IMG/VR virus record: IMGVR_UViG_3300021561_000002
Coordinates: 10,471-74,470 of that record
Reading direction: 5' to 3' (one strand)
DNA length: 64,000 nucleotides
DNA from: a virus
Lineage: Duplodnaviria; Caudoviricetes
The translations under genes and the position numbers were made by a program. The notes under the pieces were generated by a model. The model worked only from the letters and a program-made list of their open reading frames with translations. It had not been told where the DNA came from and did no database searches. Of this stretch, positions 37,733-48,052 are shown one piece after another. Every line of letters begins with the position of its first letter. The first letter of the stretch is position 1.

Positions 37733-38194
37733 ATGAGTGATGGTATTCCTTCGTTCATCGAGAAGAAGAAGTTTCTCATGGACCTGTTGATGATGGGCGT
37801 GATTGAGGATGAGTTCGACATCATCGGGAACAAGGTGAAGTTTCGGTCCTTGAACTCCGATGAAAACCTTGAATCCATGAAGGAAGCGACGGGCTACGAC
37901 GGGGCGACGAAGGTGTTCATGCTTCAGATGTCCCTCATGTCCAAGGCTCTCGTTTCTATCAACGGGGACTTCATTCCGACTGTCGAAGAGGCCAGGACTC
38001 TGTTCGGCAAATTGCCGCCTGTCGTGGTCGAGGAGTTTTGGAGGAGGTACGACGAACTTCGGGCTCGACGAGACCTTCTGGTGGAACGGGGAATCATCGA
38101 CTTAAAAAAATCATTGCGGAACCCGAGTCCCGACAATTCTGGCGATACTGTAAAATCTGCCAGCCCCTCTGGTTCCGCTCCCTCTATCCTGTAA
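37733..38194 (+). CDS. tail assembly chaperone (short form)
   Basis: 153 aa between tube and tape measure. Confidence 0.75.
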   Translation: MSDGIPSFIEKKKFLMDLLMMGVIEDEFDIIGNKVKFRSLNSDENLESMKEATGYDGATKVFMLQMSLMSKALVSINGDFIPTVEEARTLFGKLPPVVVEEFWRRYDELRARRDLLVERGIIDLKKSLRNPSPDNSGDTVKSASPSGSAPSIL

Positions 38195-38550
38195 GGTCGA
38201 ACGTCGATGCGTTCAGGGCGGCTTGGATTTCAGCCAACCAGAACCAAGACGAGTACGAGATGTTGTCGTGGGTGGACATGTATGCGGATTACATTGCGGC
38301 GTTCGTGAACCCCGAGGCGTTCAAGAAGTTCAATGATATGCAGTCGGTGACGGCCGGAGCCTCGATGGACATGACGTTCGTGAACCCGGACGCATTGAAG
38401 AAGATGAAGGACGCCGAAGCCGGAGTGAAGTTCGAGCCCGCCTTTGATGGTGACATCGCCGAGCGGGTCCGCCGAGTGAGAAACCGCCTGGGCCGCAAGG
38501 TCTCCGAGCGGCAAGAGGACATTGGGATAGAGGGTAAGCCGAATGGCTGA
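37733..38550 (+). CDS. tail assembly chaperone, -1 frameshift extended form (about 272 aa)
   Basis: A_AAA_AAA heptamer at 38104-38110 joins the first frame to the -1 frame (IIAEPESRQFW...). Confidence 0.75.
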
Positions 38551-40633
38551 TGGCGGCGAGAGCTTCATTGAGACCGTATCGGTAAAGTTCAAGGTCATGG
38601 AGGAATCCCTTCAGGGCCTCAAGGAGGCTTTGCGTAAGGCCAACCAGACCGTCCTCGAAGCCCAGGGAGAAGTCGGGAAGAGTTTGGAGGAAAAAGAGAG
38701 GTCAACCCAAGAAGAACTCACGAGAATCCGTGAGTCTCACTTGGATAAGACCACTCAGATGCGACTCCGTGAGCAACGCTCCATCTACGAACTTCATGAG
38801 AAACAGAAGGCGTGGCTGATGGAGCGTAATGACCTCGACCTCAAAGTAAAAAATGACATGATGGCCGCCGAGCAGAATGCTATGGACCATGCCAAGAAGA
38901 ACATCGAAGAAATGAAGAAGGGGTACGGTGATTTATCGAATAGCATCAACGAGGTCAGCAAAGCCATCGGCATCAACGTCGGCGAGCTCGCCAAGGCGGG
39001 GACAATGGTTACTGCTATTTTCTCTGCATGGGGAGAGGGAACGAAGATAGAAAGAGACGAGCTTGTTTTTCAAACAATGAGAGGAACGGCTCTGAGCGCA
39101 GGTGAGAAAGGTCTTTACGAGGAGTGGTATAACAGCGCAACCAAAAAAGGGATTGGGATGGAAGGTGTTGGTGGAAATGTGTCTCCCGCGGTAGCAACTC
39201 GTGTCGGGGCAAGTCTGATGAGTTCGAGCGCCGGTCTCGTCAATCCGGCCGACGTGTTTAAGAAGGGCGGACTCGCAGACATCGCTCTCTACACCGCTCC
39301 TGGCGCTGGTATTTCGACGGATAAGGCTCTCGAACATTTTAAGGACATGATTTCATCACTTCGTATGTCAACGGGCGAGGTGTCAACAGAGTTCATGAAG
39401 CTGGTTCATACATCAAGGCAACTCAATGACATGAATGGGAAATCCATCGAGGCTACTATCGGTCTCGCAAAGAATTTCTCGGCCTATAACCTCGACATCG
39501 ACACGGCCAGCCGGGCCGTTCGTAGCTTCTGGCGTGAAATCAAAGACGGAAAGATGTCCGTGGAAGAACTCGTGAAGGTGTTCCAGGTCGGCGGGAAAAT
39601 GAGCGAGGGACAGGCGGCGTATGCTGGCATGGAAATCCTCGGGAAGGACCCGGCGTTCGCAAGTCTATTGGGAGACGAGAGCGGTTTCGGAATGGCAAGA
39701 CAAGTGAAACGTATTATGTTCGCAAACCCCCTCCTTGGGGAAAATCTACCAATGGGCACGTCCGAAGAAAGAAAAAAGACGAAAGAGATGCTCAACGAGC
39801 GCCGGAATCATGCTATCCGGCTTTATGCCGAGAAGGCGGCGTCGTTGGCGCAGGAGGGCGGAGGGACCCCTTCGGAAATCTCTGCGAAGACCTCGAAGTT
39901 TCTGCAAGCAATCGTTCCGATAAATTGGAGCAATCTTTCTCCTGATATGGAGGACACGCTAATAAAGGACATGCGCTCAGGCACGTTGTCCAAAAGAGGG
40001 GAGGAAGCGTATAAACTTGGCTCGATGGACCCGACAGTAGCCGAACTCACGAAACTCGGAATGGACATCCGCCGTCTCGATACATCTCCTCTTCAGGACA
40101 TCCTGAACACGGTCAAGGAACTGTTGACGGTAGTTGGCTCTGGATTCATGGTTGTGGCGTCATACCTTGTTGGGGACACGAAGGGGGCGTCGAGATATGC
40201 CGCTATGGTCCGCAGTCATCTTCCTGGGTATGAAAAGTTAAATAATGGAGATGATTCTGGACTCAGCCTGTCCCCCGACGCTCTCATGGCTCGTGGTAGG
40301 CAAGAGGCCACGCAGTATCTTCAGACCGCAAAATTCGATAGCCCCGAACAATTTAGCAGAGCTGTCATGGGAGCGATTGGCGGAAAATCTTCTAGCGTCC
40401 AAAAAGGATGGGCCGACATCCTCGGGTCCGGTGCCTTGAAGACAACTCTCGATGGAAAGCTCGTTTTCGATTTTGGGCATTTTGGGGAGTATGATGTTGT
40501 CGTGGAGAAAAATAGACTCGTCAGGGCGGACAGGATGCCGAAGTCGGGGCTGGTTCCATCGAGCGGTTCTTCTACGGCATACCCGGCACCGACCAATACG
40601 CCGACGCCGAGCCCTACGTTAGCGGTACAATAG
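38543..40633 (+). CDS. tape measure protein
   Basis: 696 aa helical, follows chaperones. Confidence 0.75.
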   Translation: MADGGESFIETVSVKFKVMEESLQGLKEALRKANQTVLEAQGEVGKSLEEKERSTQEELTRIRESHLDKTTQMRLREQRSIYELHEKQKAWLMERNDLDLKVKNDMMAAEQNAMDHAKKNIEEMKKGYGDLSNSINEVSKAIGINVGELAKAGTMVTAIFSAWGEGTKIERDELVFQTMRGTALSAGEKGLYEEWYNSATKKGIGMEGVGGNVSPAVATRVGASLMSSSAGLVNPADVFKKGGLADIALYTAPGAGISTDKALEHFKDMISSLRMSTGEVSTEFMKLVHTSRQLNDMNGKSIEATIGLAKNFSAYNLDIDTASRAVRSFWREIKDGKMSVEELVKVFQVGGKMSEGQAAYAGMEILGKDPAFASLLGDESGFGMARQVKRIMFANPLLGENLPMGTSEERKKTKEMLNERRNHAIRLYAEKAASLAQEGGGTPSEISAKTSKFLQAIVPINWSNLSPDMEDTLIKDMRSGTLSKRGEEAYKLGSMDPTVAELTKLGMDIRRLDTSPLQDILNTVKELLTVVGSGFMVVASYLVGDTKGASRYAAMVRSHLPGYEKLNNGDDSGLSLSPDALMARGRQEATQYLQTAKFDSPEQFSRAVMGAIGGKSSSVQKGWADILGSGALKTTLDGKLVFDFGHFGEYDVVVEKNRLVRADRMPKSGLVPSSGSSTAYPAPTNTPTPSPTLAVQ

Positions 40634-40645
40634 GAGTTAATTAAA

Positions 40646-41323
40646 ATGCTAGACACATCTCTGTCTCCAAAACCGAACTGGCTTCAGTCGAGCCAGGCGT
40701 ACCCCGGCTCGGGGAACACGGTCAACGACGTTCTGCGTCAGTTGAACCAGATGATTATCTATGACCCTTCCGTGATGAGCCTGACGAGTGGAGCCACAGC
40801 CATCGGCGACATCCTCGAAGCGGCAAAGAGGGCCGTGACCTCGAAGCGACCGTATTTTTTCCGGTTCTTCATCAATCCGTCCACGGTGGCCTTCTCCTTG
40901 AGAAAGACATCGAAACCAATCCTTGAGAAGAAGGGATGGGACATCGTTCACTTCGATGGGACTCCGAATGAGATGATTCCTCTCAAGTTCGGCGGGAATA
41001 CTGGCTCTATTGTTCCTCCGATAGCTTTGTGGAACAAGGGCATCCGTGAAACGAAGTTCTCCGTGAACTACCAACGGTTCCAGCAGTTGTTTGAACTGGC
41101 CCGCACCGCCAGCAATGACCTGAAACTTTTCTATGACGGGAAGCTCTACGAGGGTGCGTTCTCAGATTTCAGCTTCGACGAGAACGCCAACGAGCCGTTC
41201 TCCATCCGATACTCCTTCACGTTCATGACCTACCCCGACCGCACGAAGAACATCACGTCCTTCTCTCAGGTAACATCCCTTCCGATTGCCAGCGCCATCC
41301 TTCAGGCGGGGGTTCCGATTTGA
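40646..41323 (+). CDS. tail tube initiator/baseplate protein
   Basis: FFINPSTVAF, YEGAFSDFSFDENANEPFSIRYSFTF. Confidence 0.65.
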   Translation: MLDTSLSPKPNWLQSSQAYPGSGNTVNDVLRQLNQMIIYDPSVMSLTSGATAIGDILEAAKRAVTSKRPYFFRFFINPSTVAFSLRKTSKPILEKKGWDIVHFDGTPNEMIPLKFGGNTGSIVPPIALWNKGIRETKFSVNYQRFQQLFELARTASNDLKLFYDGKLYEGAFSDFSFDENANEPFSIRYSFTFMTYPDRTKNITSFSQVTSLPIASAILQAGVPI

Positions 41324-43425
41324 TTGAAACGTCTGCAAGGATTTATATTCAGGTGAGAGAAACGGGCGAAATCATCCAGTTGGATGACTTCGTTTCAATA
41401 AACACGACTCAATCTATCAAGGGGGATTCGACGGCGAGTATTGTAATCGTGAATAAGGCCGATAAGTGGTACAACTTCCGTTCTACCAAGGACCGGAAAC
41501 AAACAGACGTGGCCCAACTGCTTGCGAACACCTACACTCGTCCGCTGTTCAAAGACATCAATCGAGCCATCGCCGAGAAGTCCAAGCAGGTCTATAAGGA
41601 TGCGGTGAGGGCGGAGGAAACAGGGAACGTCAAGTACGTGACCAACAGCGATGCCCTCCGTGAAATGGCCTCTCTTGAAGAGTACCTGATATTCGACCTC
41701 ATGTACCGTGTTTGGGTTGACTTCCGTGGCAGGGATAACCTGTACGAGATGGCGGCTCCCCCGGCGGCAAAAACGAGTAGGCCACGGTGGTACGCCGGGT
41801 TCACGGGCATCATCACAACGATGAATGAATCCTATACGGCCGGGAGGGAGTCTTCCCTTATCGTCTCGGCGCAGAACATGTTGCAGTTATTCAGGACCAC
41901 CAAGGCCGTTACGGACAGGGGATTCAAGCCTTTGATGGAAGGCGTGACGGACGTGAAAGCGTCCTATCAGGCTTACACGAATAGTTTCTCGCAGTTCGTT
42001 GACGGTGGAGCCATCATCGGGTTCCTCGCTACCTTGGTGATGAGGACTTTCCAATCCGATGAAGGGACGATTTACGGCGGCCCGAAACTCTGGACGTTGC
42101 CGGAAGTGGAGATGGTCGCAAAACGTGGCAAGGGTTTCATACCGAGCGAAAAGATTGGTCTTGCAAAGGAGTGGATTAACGACATCCTCAAGAGGGAATA
42201 CCGAGGAGTCAGTCATCGTCGGCCGGAGACCGGTCTCGCTGGAATGTCTTCGAGCGAAAGTTTCCTCTCCAACTTGACCATGAAGGACTTCTACGAGAAC
42301 GGTTCTCTCCGAGTTAAAAAGTCGGACATCATCAGGTTCCTCACGGGTCCGGCCGTCTCTGCGGCCGTGGAACATAACGATGACAATGTGATGCAGTACC
42401 TACAATCGAGCTTCCTCATCGACGCCATGCTTCGTGCCCAAAACACGACGGGGGATATTGATAGCAACCCTTACCAGCAGATGATTAAGAACGGCTTCGA
42501 GTTCGAGAGCCAGCGACTCAGCGCCGACAACATCATGCGCGCCGTTGCGAACTTAATGAACTATGACGTTTACTTCGACGCAAAAGGAAACCTCATCTAC
42601 CAGAAAGCCAGGTACGATGATTTTCCGGGTCAGGAGGCAGATGTTGACTATGACGAGATGAACGAAGAAAGTCGTGGGTATGCCTTCATCGACGGCGACG
42701 GGAATCCGAACTCTCGATTGTTTTACAAATTGGGCAAAGGGCGATTCGACAGGAGTAGCGGCCTGTATTTCCACGGAAGAAATTACATCATTGGCGACGA
42801 AAGCCTGATGAGTTGGAACATCTCTCACAATGAGCATAACGTTCTGACCCATGTTGTCGTTCCGCAAGCCCTGAACTTCCTCACAATCAGCCAGGCTCTT
42901 CAGGCGATGGGTCCGGCCGGAACGGTGTCGCATCCAGACCTAGAAAGAAAATTCGGAACAAGGATGGCGACGGGTTCTGCGCTCCTAACAAATACTCTGA
43001 ATACACAGTTGGCGGAACTTCTCGCCGAGGGAATCTTGCGCCGGTCGAATGCGACGCTTGAGTCCGCAACCGTCACTTTAAATACGAGGCCGGACCTTCA
43101 GTTGGGCCGGACCATGTATCTTGCCGAGCGGCGTCGTCTCTACTACATCACCAGCATCACGAACAGGTTGGTGTGGGGGCACGAGTTCAGGACGACCGTG
43201 GAGGGAGCTTATGGGCATCATCCAACATCTCCCATTGGAGACCCGTGGTCCCTTGTGATGAACGGAGACAAGTTTATGCCTTCCTTCGGACCGACATCGG
43301 GAGGCGCTTCTCTTCAGGACCAACAGACCGCTACGGCCGTAAACGGTCCTACGTCGGGCGGGGCCTCTTTCAATGATGCCAAGACGGCTTTGAACAACCA
43401 AGTCATACCCATCGAGAACAGCTAA
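41320..43425 (+). CDS. baseplate hub protein
   Basis: 701 aa; YDVYFDAKGNLIY, RPDLQLG, YYITSITNR; position. Confidence 0.7.
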   Translation: MIETSARIYIQVRETGEIIQLDDFVSINTTQSIKGDSTASIVIVNKADKWYNFRSTKDRKQTDVAQLLANTYTRPLFKDINRAIAEKSKQVYKDAVRAEETGNVKYVTNSDALREMASLEEYLIFDLMYRVWVDFRGRDNLYEMAAPPAAKTSRPRWYAGFTGIITTMNESYTAGRESSLIVSAQNMLQLFRTTKAVTDRGFKPLMEGVTDVKASYQAYTNSFSQFVDGGAIIGFLATLVMRTFQSDEGTIYGGPKLWTLPEVEMVAKRGKGFIPSEKIGLAKEWINDILKREYRGVSHRRPETGLAGMSSSESFLSNLTMKDFYENGSLRVKKSDIIRFLTGPAVSAAVEHNDDNVMQYLQSSFLIDAMLRAQNTTGDIDSNPYQQMIKNGFEFESQRLSADNIMRAVANLMNYDVYFDAKGNLIYQKARYDDFPGQEADVDYDEMNEESRGYAFIDGDGNPNSRLFYKLGKGRFDRSSGLYFHGRNYIIGDESLMSWNISHNEHNVLTHVVVPQALNFLTISQALQAMGPAGTVSHPDLERKFGTRMATGSALLTNTLNTQLAELLAEGILRRSNATLESATVTLNTRPDLQLGRTMYLAERRRLYYITSITNRLVWGHEFRTTVEGAYGHHPTSPIGDPWSLVMNGDKFMPSFGPTSGGASLQDQQTATAVNGPTSGGASFNDAKTALNNQVIPIENS

Positions 43426-44246
43426 TGGACCACCCGGAAGACGGAAATATCTACGAACGACTTCAACTCGGCGTTGTGACCGACGTGAAGCCGCTCATGG
43501 GCGACGATGAACAGCCCACCGAGTTTTTCAGCGGGTACGTGTCCGTTCGACTCCTTACGTCTTGTGAGGAGTTCCATTGGGTCAAGTGGTCCTATCCGCA
43601 CATCGGCCAGTCGAACAAGAGCGGAATCATTGCGTGTCCCTCCGTGGACGATGTGGTCGTCCTTCAGTTCGACCCTCGTGGATACCCCGTCGTATTGGGA
43701 ACCATGCTTTACAGCCAAGCGGTGAAGCCCATCTATGACCAGACGGACTTCACGACCACGCAGACGCCCGAAGGCGAGAAGACAAAAGAGTCCGACGACC
43801 TCCGGCTGAAACTGAAGCAAGGCGAGGTCATGGTTCGTGGAAGTAACGGGACCAGCGTACACTTCAGGAACGACGGAACGACCATCCTCAAGCTGGACGA
43901 CACGAAGGAAGATGCCGACACCACGGTTATCGGCGTTGATGTGAACAAGAACATCTTCATTCTCGGTGCTCAGAACGTGACGGTGAAAGGTACGGAGACG
44001 GCCAGGGTTGAGTGTAAAAACGCTGAAATCGAGGCGACGGAGAAGGTCTCGGTCAAGGCGGATGAGGCTACCGTGGAAGCCTCGCAAGCGAAGGTCATCT
44101 CTGATAACATAGAGTTAGGCGGAAGCGGCGTCAAAGCCGCCATCATCCGTGAGTTGGATAAGGCTCAGCACATCGACCCCGTTATCGGGGTTCCTGTCGT
44201 CTCAGTACGGTACTTGACGAAATCTAAATCGACGAAGGCTACGTGA
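43425..44246 (+). CDS. baseplate central spike (gpV/gp5-like)
   Basis: N-terminal OB-fold (PSVDDVVVLQF..PVVLG) plus beta-helix repeats. Confidence 0.75.
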   Translation: MDHPEDGNIYERLQLGVVTDVKPLMGDDEQPTEFFSGYVSVRLLTSCEEFHWVKWSYPHIGQSNKSGIIACPSVDDVVVLQFDPRGYPVVLGTMLYSQAVKPIYDQTDFTTTQTPEGEKTKESDDLRLKLKQGEVMVRGSNGTSVHFRNDGTTILKLDDTKEDADTTVIGVDVNKNIFILGAQNVTVKGTETARVECKNAEIEATEKVSVKADEATVEASQAKVISDNIELGGSGVKAAIIRELDKAQHIDPVIGVPVVSVRYLTKSKSTKAT

Positions 44247-44494
44247 TGCCAGGCGAACTCACGAAGGACATGGTTGTCGGGGAGATTCGTAGGCAGATGC
44301 TCCTCATGCAGTTCGATGTCCCGGTCATCAACGAGTCCGGGGATGTCGTGGGGACCACCAAATCTCCCCCGACGGGCGCTGGCATTGAACAGTTCGCAAC
44401 CTCTATTGGTACGGCTATTTTCAACATCTTGAAAACTCAGGTCATCGTTGACGTGACTACGACCGGCGGGCCTGGAACGGGGAAGATTCGATGA
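44243..44494 (+). CDS. small baseplate protein, possible spike tip
   Basis: 83 aa ending TTGGPGTGKIR, directly after the spike. Confidence 0.45.
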   Translation: MMPGELTKDMVVGEIRRQMLLMQFDVPVINESGDVVGTTKSPPTGAGIEQFATSIGTAIFNILKTQVIVDVTTTGGPGTGKIR

Positions 44495-44937
44495 GGGACT
44501 GGCGGCTGAGAAATGCCAACGGGCAAGATATGTTCGGCCGTCCGCTCGACATCGAGTACGACCAGAACGGCGAAATCACGTTTGTCCAGAATATGCTCAT
44601 GCTCGACCAGAACCTCAAAAAGATTTCCATGACGCAGTTCGGCTCCTCTCAGTTGAACCCTCAGTATGGGACTGCTGTGGCTTCCCTGACCGGCTCGAAG
44701 CTGGACCCCGTGATGACCGGCTCGCTCATCGTTTCTGAAATCGAGCGTGTCGTGACGTACATGAAGACCATGATGCAAAAGCAAATGAAGGCGACCCCGC
44801 AAGAGCGTATTGCCTCCATTGACGACGTTCTCGTGGACAGCGTGAGTTCGGACCCGAGGAAGCTCCTTGTGACGACGCTCGTAAGGACAGAGGACGAGAA
44901 CAGCATCCAGATGCAGACCACGGTTCAACCGTTCTAG
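44491..44937 (+). CDS. gp25-like baseplate wedge protein
   Basis: NPQYGTAVASLTG, ERIASIDDV. Confidence 0.8.
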   Translation: MRDWRLRNANGQDMFGRPLDIEYDQNGEITFVQNMLMLDQNLKKISMTQFGSSQLNPQYGTAVASLTGSKLDPVMTGSLIVSEIERVVTYMKTMMQKQMKATPQERIASIDDVLVDSVSSDPRKLLVTTLVRTEDENSIQMQTTVQPF

Positions 44938-44947
44938 GAGAGAAGAC

Positions 44948-46411
44948 ATGGCGAACACTTTGAGGACAACGGAACAGGTTAAAAAGGCCCTGTCCGACTT
45001 CTTCGGCTCCAACGCCCCTGACGTTTTGGTCCAGCCGGGTAGCGGACCGCAGGATGTCATCGACACCGTTTCTCAGGAGGCCGGTCGCCTCTACGTCATT
45101 CTGACTTTCATCTCTCTCACGAAGTCCGTGGCTGGTCTCAGGGACCTCATTGCGGACACCAACGAGTCCTCCGCATTCCGTGAGCAGTTGCGCCAGGCCC
45201 TTGAGCTTACCGAGTCCGACCTGGAAATCCTCATCAACGAAACCGTTGATAATTTTGCCGCCAACTACGGTCGCACGAGGGTTCCGGCAACGTCCTCTAC
45301 GACCGTCCTGCGATTCATGAAGGGCTCCTCGGCGCTTGGGACCATTCCAATCGGCACGACCGCTCGGACCCCTGGGCTGAACGCAATCGAGTACGCAACC
45401 TCAATCGACATCCTCTCTCAGCCCGTCGTTCATGACCCCGTGACTGGCCTCTACTACATTGATGTCCCGGCGACCGCTACGTCCTCCGGGACGTTGAGCC
45501 GGGTTCCCATCAACCGTGTGACTCAGTTAAGCCCTCCGATTACTGGATTTTCTACGGTTACGAACATCGTGTCCTCTTCGGGCGGGACGAATACGGAGTC
45601 CAATTCGGCTCTCTTGGACCGGTGCATGACCGCCCTGAAGGGCCGGGAACTCGACACCGTTTATGGCCTGGATGGATTCGTGCGGGGGCAGGCAGGCGTG
45701 GAGGATGCGCTCGTCATCGACAACTCCGACCCCCTGATGCTCCGTGGAAACGGAAACGAGGTTGATATTTATGTCGTGGCCGACAACGAGCAGTCGGCGT
45801 CCGACTCCGTGACATTCAACTCGTCCATCATGGGCGATTCCGTCATCCTCAACCACCAGCCGGTAACGATGATTTTTCAGGTCCTCGTGAACGGCACTCT
45901 TCAGACCGCTGGCGTTGATTACAATTTCACGAAGGACTCGGGCGGGTTCGCAGGGAGTTCCATTGCGGTCGATAAGGTCCAGTTCCTTTCTGGTCACGCC
46001 CCCTCCGATGGGGACACCGTGGCCGTCTCTTACTCCTACAATACGATGATAGGCGACATCCAGGGGCAGTTCACGTTGCCGGAGAACGACATCCCGAACT
46101 CCGACATCCTCATTAAGACCGCAGAGCGCATCTTGGTGGACATGACCATCACGGTCGTTAAGCTCGCCAGCTTCTCGACCATCCAGGTTCAGACGAACGT
46201 GACGACGGCCCTCGAAAACTTCTTCGATGCCCTCATGCTCGGCGATAGCGTGTATGTGTCGGACGTAGTGGCGGTCATCGAGGCAACGGCTGGCGTTAAC
46301 CGGGTGAACGTTCCTTTTACCAAGATGGCACCCGTCGGCCAGGTCGGTGCGTCGGACATCACCATCCAAAAGAATCAGTTCGCACGCCTGAACAGCGTCC
46401 TGTTCCTGTGA
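44948..46411 (+). CDS. baseplate J-like protein
   Basis: SSGGTNTESNSALLDR, QAGVEDALV, GNEVDIYV, VIEATAGV. Confidence 0.85.
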   Translation: MANTLRTTEQVKKALSDFFGSNAPDVLVQPGSGPQDVIDTVSQEAGRLYVILTFISLTKSVAGLRDLIADTNESSAFREQLRQALELTESDLEILINETVDNFAANYGRTRVPATSSTTVLRFMKGSSALGTIPIGTTARTPGLNAIEYATSIDILSQPVVHDPVTGLYYIDVPATATSSGTLSRVPINRVTQLSPPITGFSTVTNIVSSSGGTNTESNSALLDRCMTALKGRELDTVYGLDGFVRGQAGVEDALVIDNSDPLMLRGNGNEVDIYVVADNEQSASDSVTFNSSIMGDSVILNHQPVTMIFQVLVNGTLQTAGVDYNFTKDSGGFAGSSIAVDKVQFLSGHAPSDGDTVAVSYSYNTMIGDIQGQFTLPENDIPNSDILIKTAERILVDMTITVVKLASFSTIQVQTNVTTALENFFDALMLGDSVYVSDVVAVIEATAGVNRVNVPFTKMAPVGQVGASDITIQKNQFARLNSVLFL

Positions 46412-46418
46412 GGATAAA

Positions 46419-48041
46419 ATGCCGATAACGATAAACCCACTCTCGTACCCATACCGGACCAACCGGTACTACCGACATCTTCTTGAGCGGTTGACCGACA
46501 AGAACGTGTACGACGTGAGTTACGCCGCCGTCGGAAGGCGGCAGTCCTACTTCCTTTCGCCGACCATCAACTCCGCTATTCCAGCCGTTGTCCCAGGGGC
46601 CAGCCTTGCGCCTGGCACGTATTACTTCACGGTGGTCGGGGTAACGGCCTACGGGGAGACCTTGCCAGCAAGCGAGATGTCGGTCGTCGTGACCGCTCCG
46701 AACAACGCCGTGATTCTCTCTTGGTCGGGGGTCGCCTATGCGACTGCCTATCGAATTTTTCGCTCCTTCGTTTCGGGCGGGTATAACGACACGTTCTTAG
46801 CGGAAGTCACCGGGGTCACTTTCACCGACTCTGGATATGTGGCTCAGTTGGGATTTCCAATGGCCTCCTTGGTCAAGGTCACGGGGGCCGTGACTCCGGC
46901 GGGGACTTACGAAGTCAGCCTGATGACAAGGAACCGTGAAGAAGACATCTACACGGAGATGATGAAGACAACGACAAAACCCGACGGTACTTTCGAGTTC
47001 ACCGCCTCGTTACCGAGGGGAGAGAACGAGATGTACGCCGTGGCGTCGGGCGAGAACAGCGAGCGGGTGTATGTGAACGTCTATAACCTGCACCTGTATT
47101 TCGAGGCCATCGCAAGCGAGTTAATCAACTTCTGGCAGGAGATGTCGGACCGGGAACGGGCCGACTCTTTCATCGAGCCGACAAAGAACCTCTTCGACTC
47201 GAATCTGAGATACCCGTCAGACGAAGCCCTCCGTAAGATTTGGGGCGACCTTCTCGACGCCTATCGCCCCTCGACTTACTCGACCGAAGACTACCGGCTA
47301 ATGCTGAAGGGCATCCTTGCGGCTCATGGCGAAGCCACGACGTTTGAGGCAATCAAACGGGTCTTTGAGATGTTCCAGAGCGCCCCGGACTACCGGCGCA
47401 TCGTGTTCTTTGACAAGGGTTCCATGCCGTTCCGAATCGGAGAGAGGTTTGGGTTCAAAGCCGTGCGGACGCTCGGCGTCGGGAATCCTACCCTGGACTA
47501 CGAGTGGACCGGCGGGAATATGTTTTTTGGCGGGGGGCGGGGAGACATTCCAAACGGGTCTGGTTCTTTTTCGGCGACGGGGGGCGGGAGCTTCATCCAC
47601 ACTTTTTACATCGACGGAGAGAGGGATTCCGACGGATACTTCATGGTTAAAATCATCCAGTCGGCCTGGAATACACTTGGCTTTGTCCCGACACTCCCGC
47701 TCGGAGTGAAAGTGCTTGCGATGTTCTGTGTGACGAATGACGACATCGTGGGTATCTATGGGCAAGGTTTTGTTGGCTCATATACCACGCTTCTTTCCTA
47801 CGAGGGTCCGTACCATGTTGGCCCTTCGTATATAACTAGCAACGCCCGGATTATGAGCGAGGGATACCGAGGGTCTCGATTTATGGTTTACTTCAATACC
47901 ATCTTCGGTACGGGGTATCTGACCGACCCCGAATATCTTCAGAAAAGGAAGATGATTTCTGACATCTTGAAGGCCGTCAAGCCTGCGAAGACCACGATTG
48001 GATTCGGCGAAGCGTCGAACTATACTCTTACAGAGATTTAG
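46419..48041 (+). CDS. baseplate wedge protein
   Basis: 540 aa; EDYRLML, AIKRVF, DILKAVKPA; N-terminal FN3-like insert. Confidence 0.65.
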   Translation: MPITINPLSYPYRTNRYYRHLLERLTDKNVYDVSYAAVGRRQSYFLSPTINSAIPAVVPGASLAPGTYYFTVVGVTAYGETLPASEMSVVVTAPNNAVILSWSGVAYATAYRIFRSFVSGGYNDTFLAEVTGVTFTDSGYVAQLGFPMASLVKVTGAVTPAGTYEVSLMTRNREEDIYTEMMKTTTKPDGTFEFTASLPRGENEMYAVASGENSERVYVNVYNLHLYFEAIASELINFWQEMSDRERADSFIEPTKNLFDSNLRYPSDEALRKIWGDLLDAYRPSTYSTEDYRLMLKGILAAHGEATTFEAIKRVFEMFQSAPDYRRIVFFDKGSMPFRIGERFGFKAVRTLGVGNPTLDYEWTGGNMFFGGGRGDIPNGSGSFSATGGGSFIHTFYIDGERDSDGYFMVKIIQSAWNTLGFVPTLPLGVKVLAMFCVTNDDIVGIYGQGFVGSYTTLLSYEGPYHVGPSYITSNARIMSEGYRGSRFMVYFNTIFGTGYLTDPEYLQKRKMISDILKAVKPAKTTIGFGEASNYTLTEI

Positions 48042-48052
48042 GGGAGGACGAG

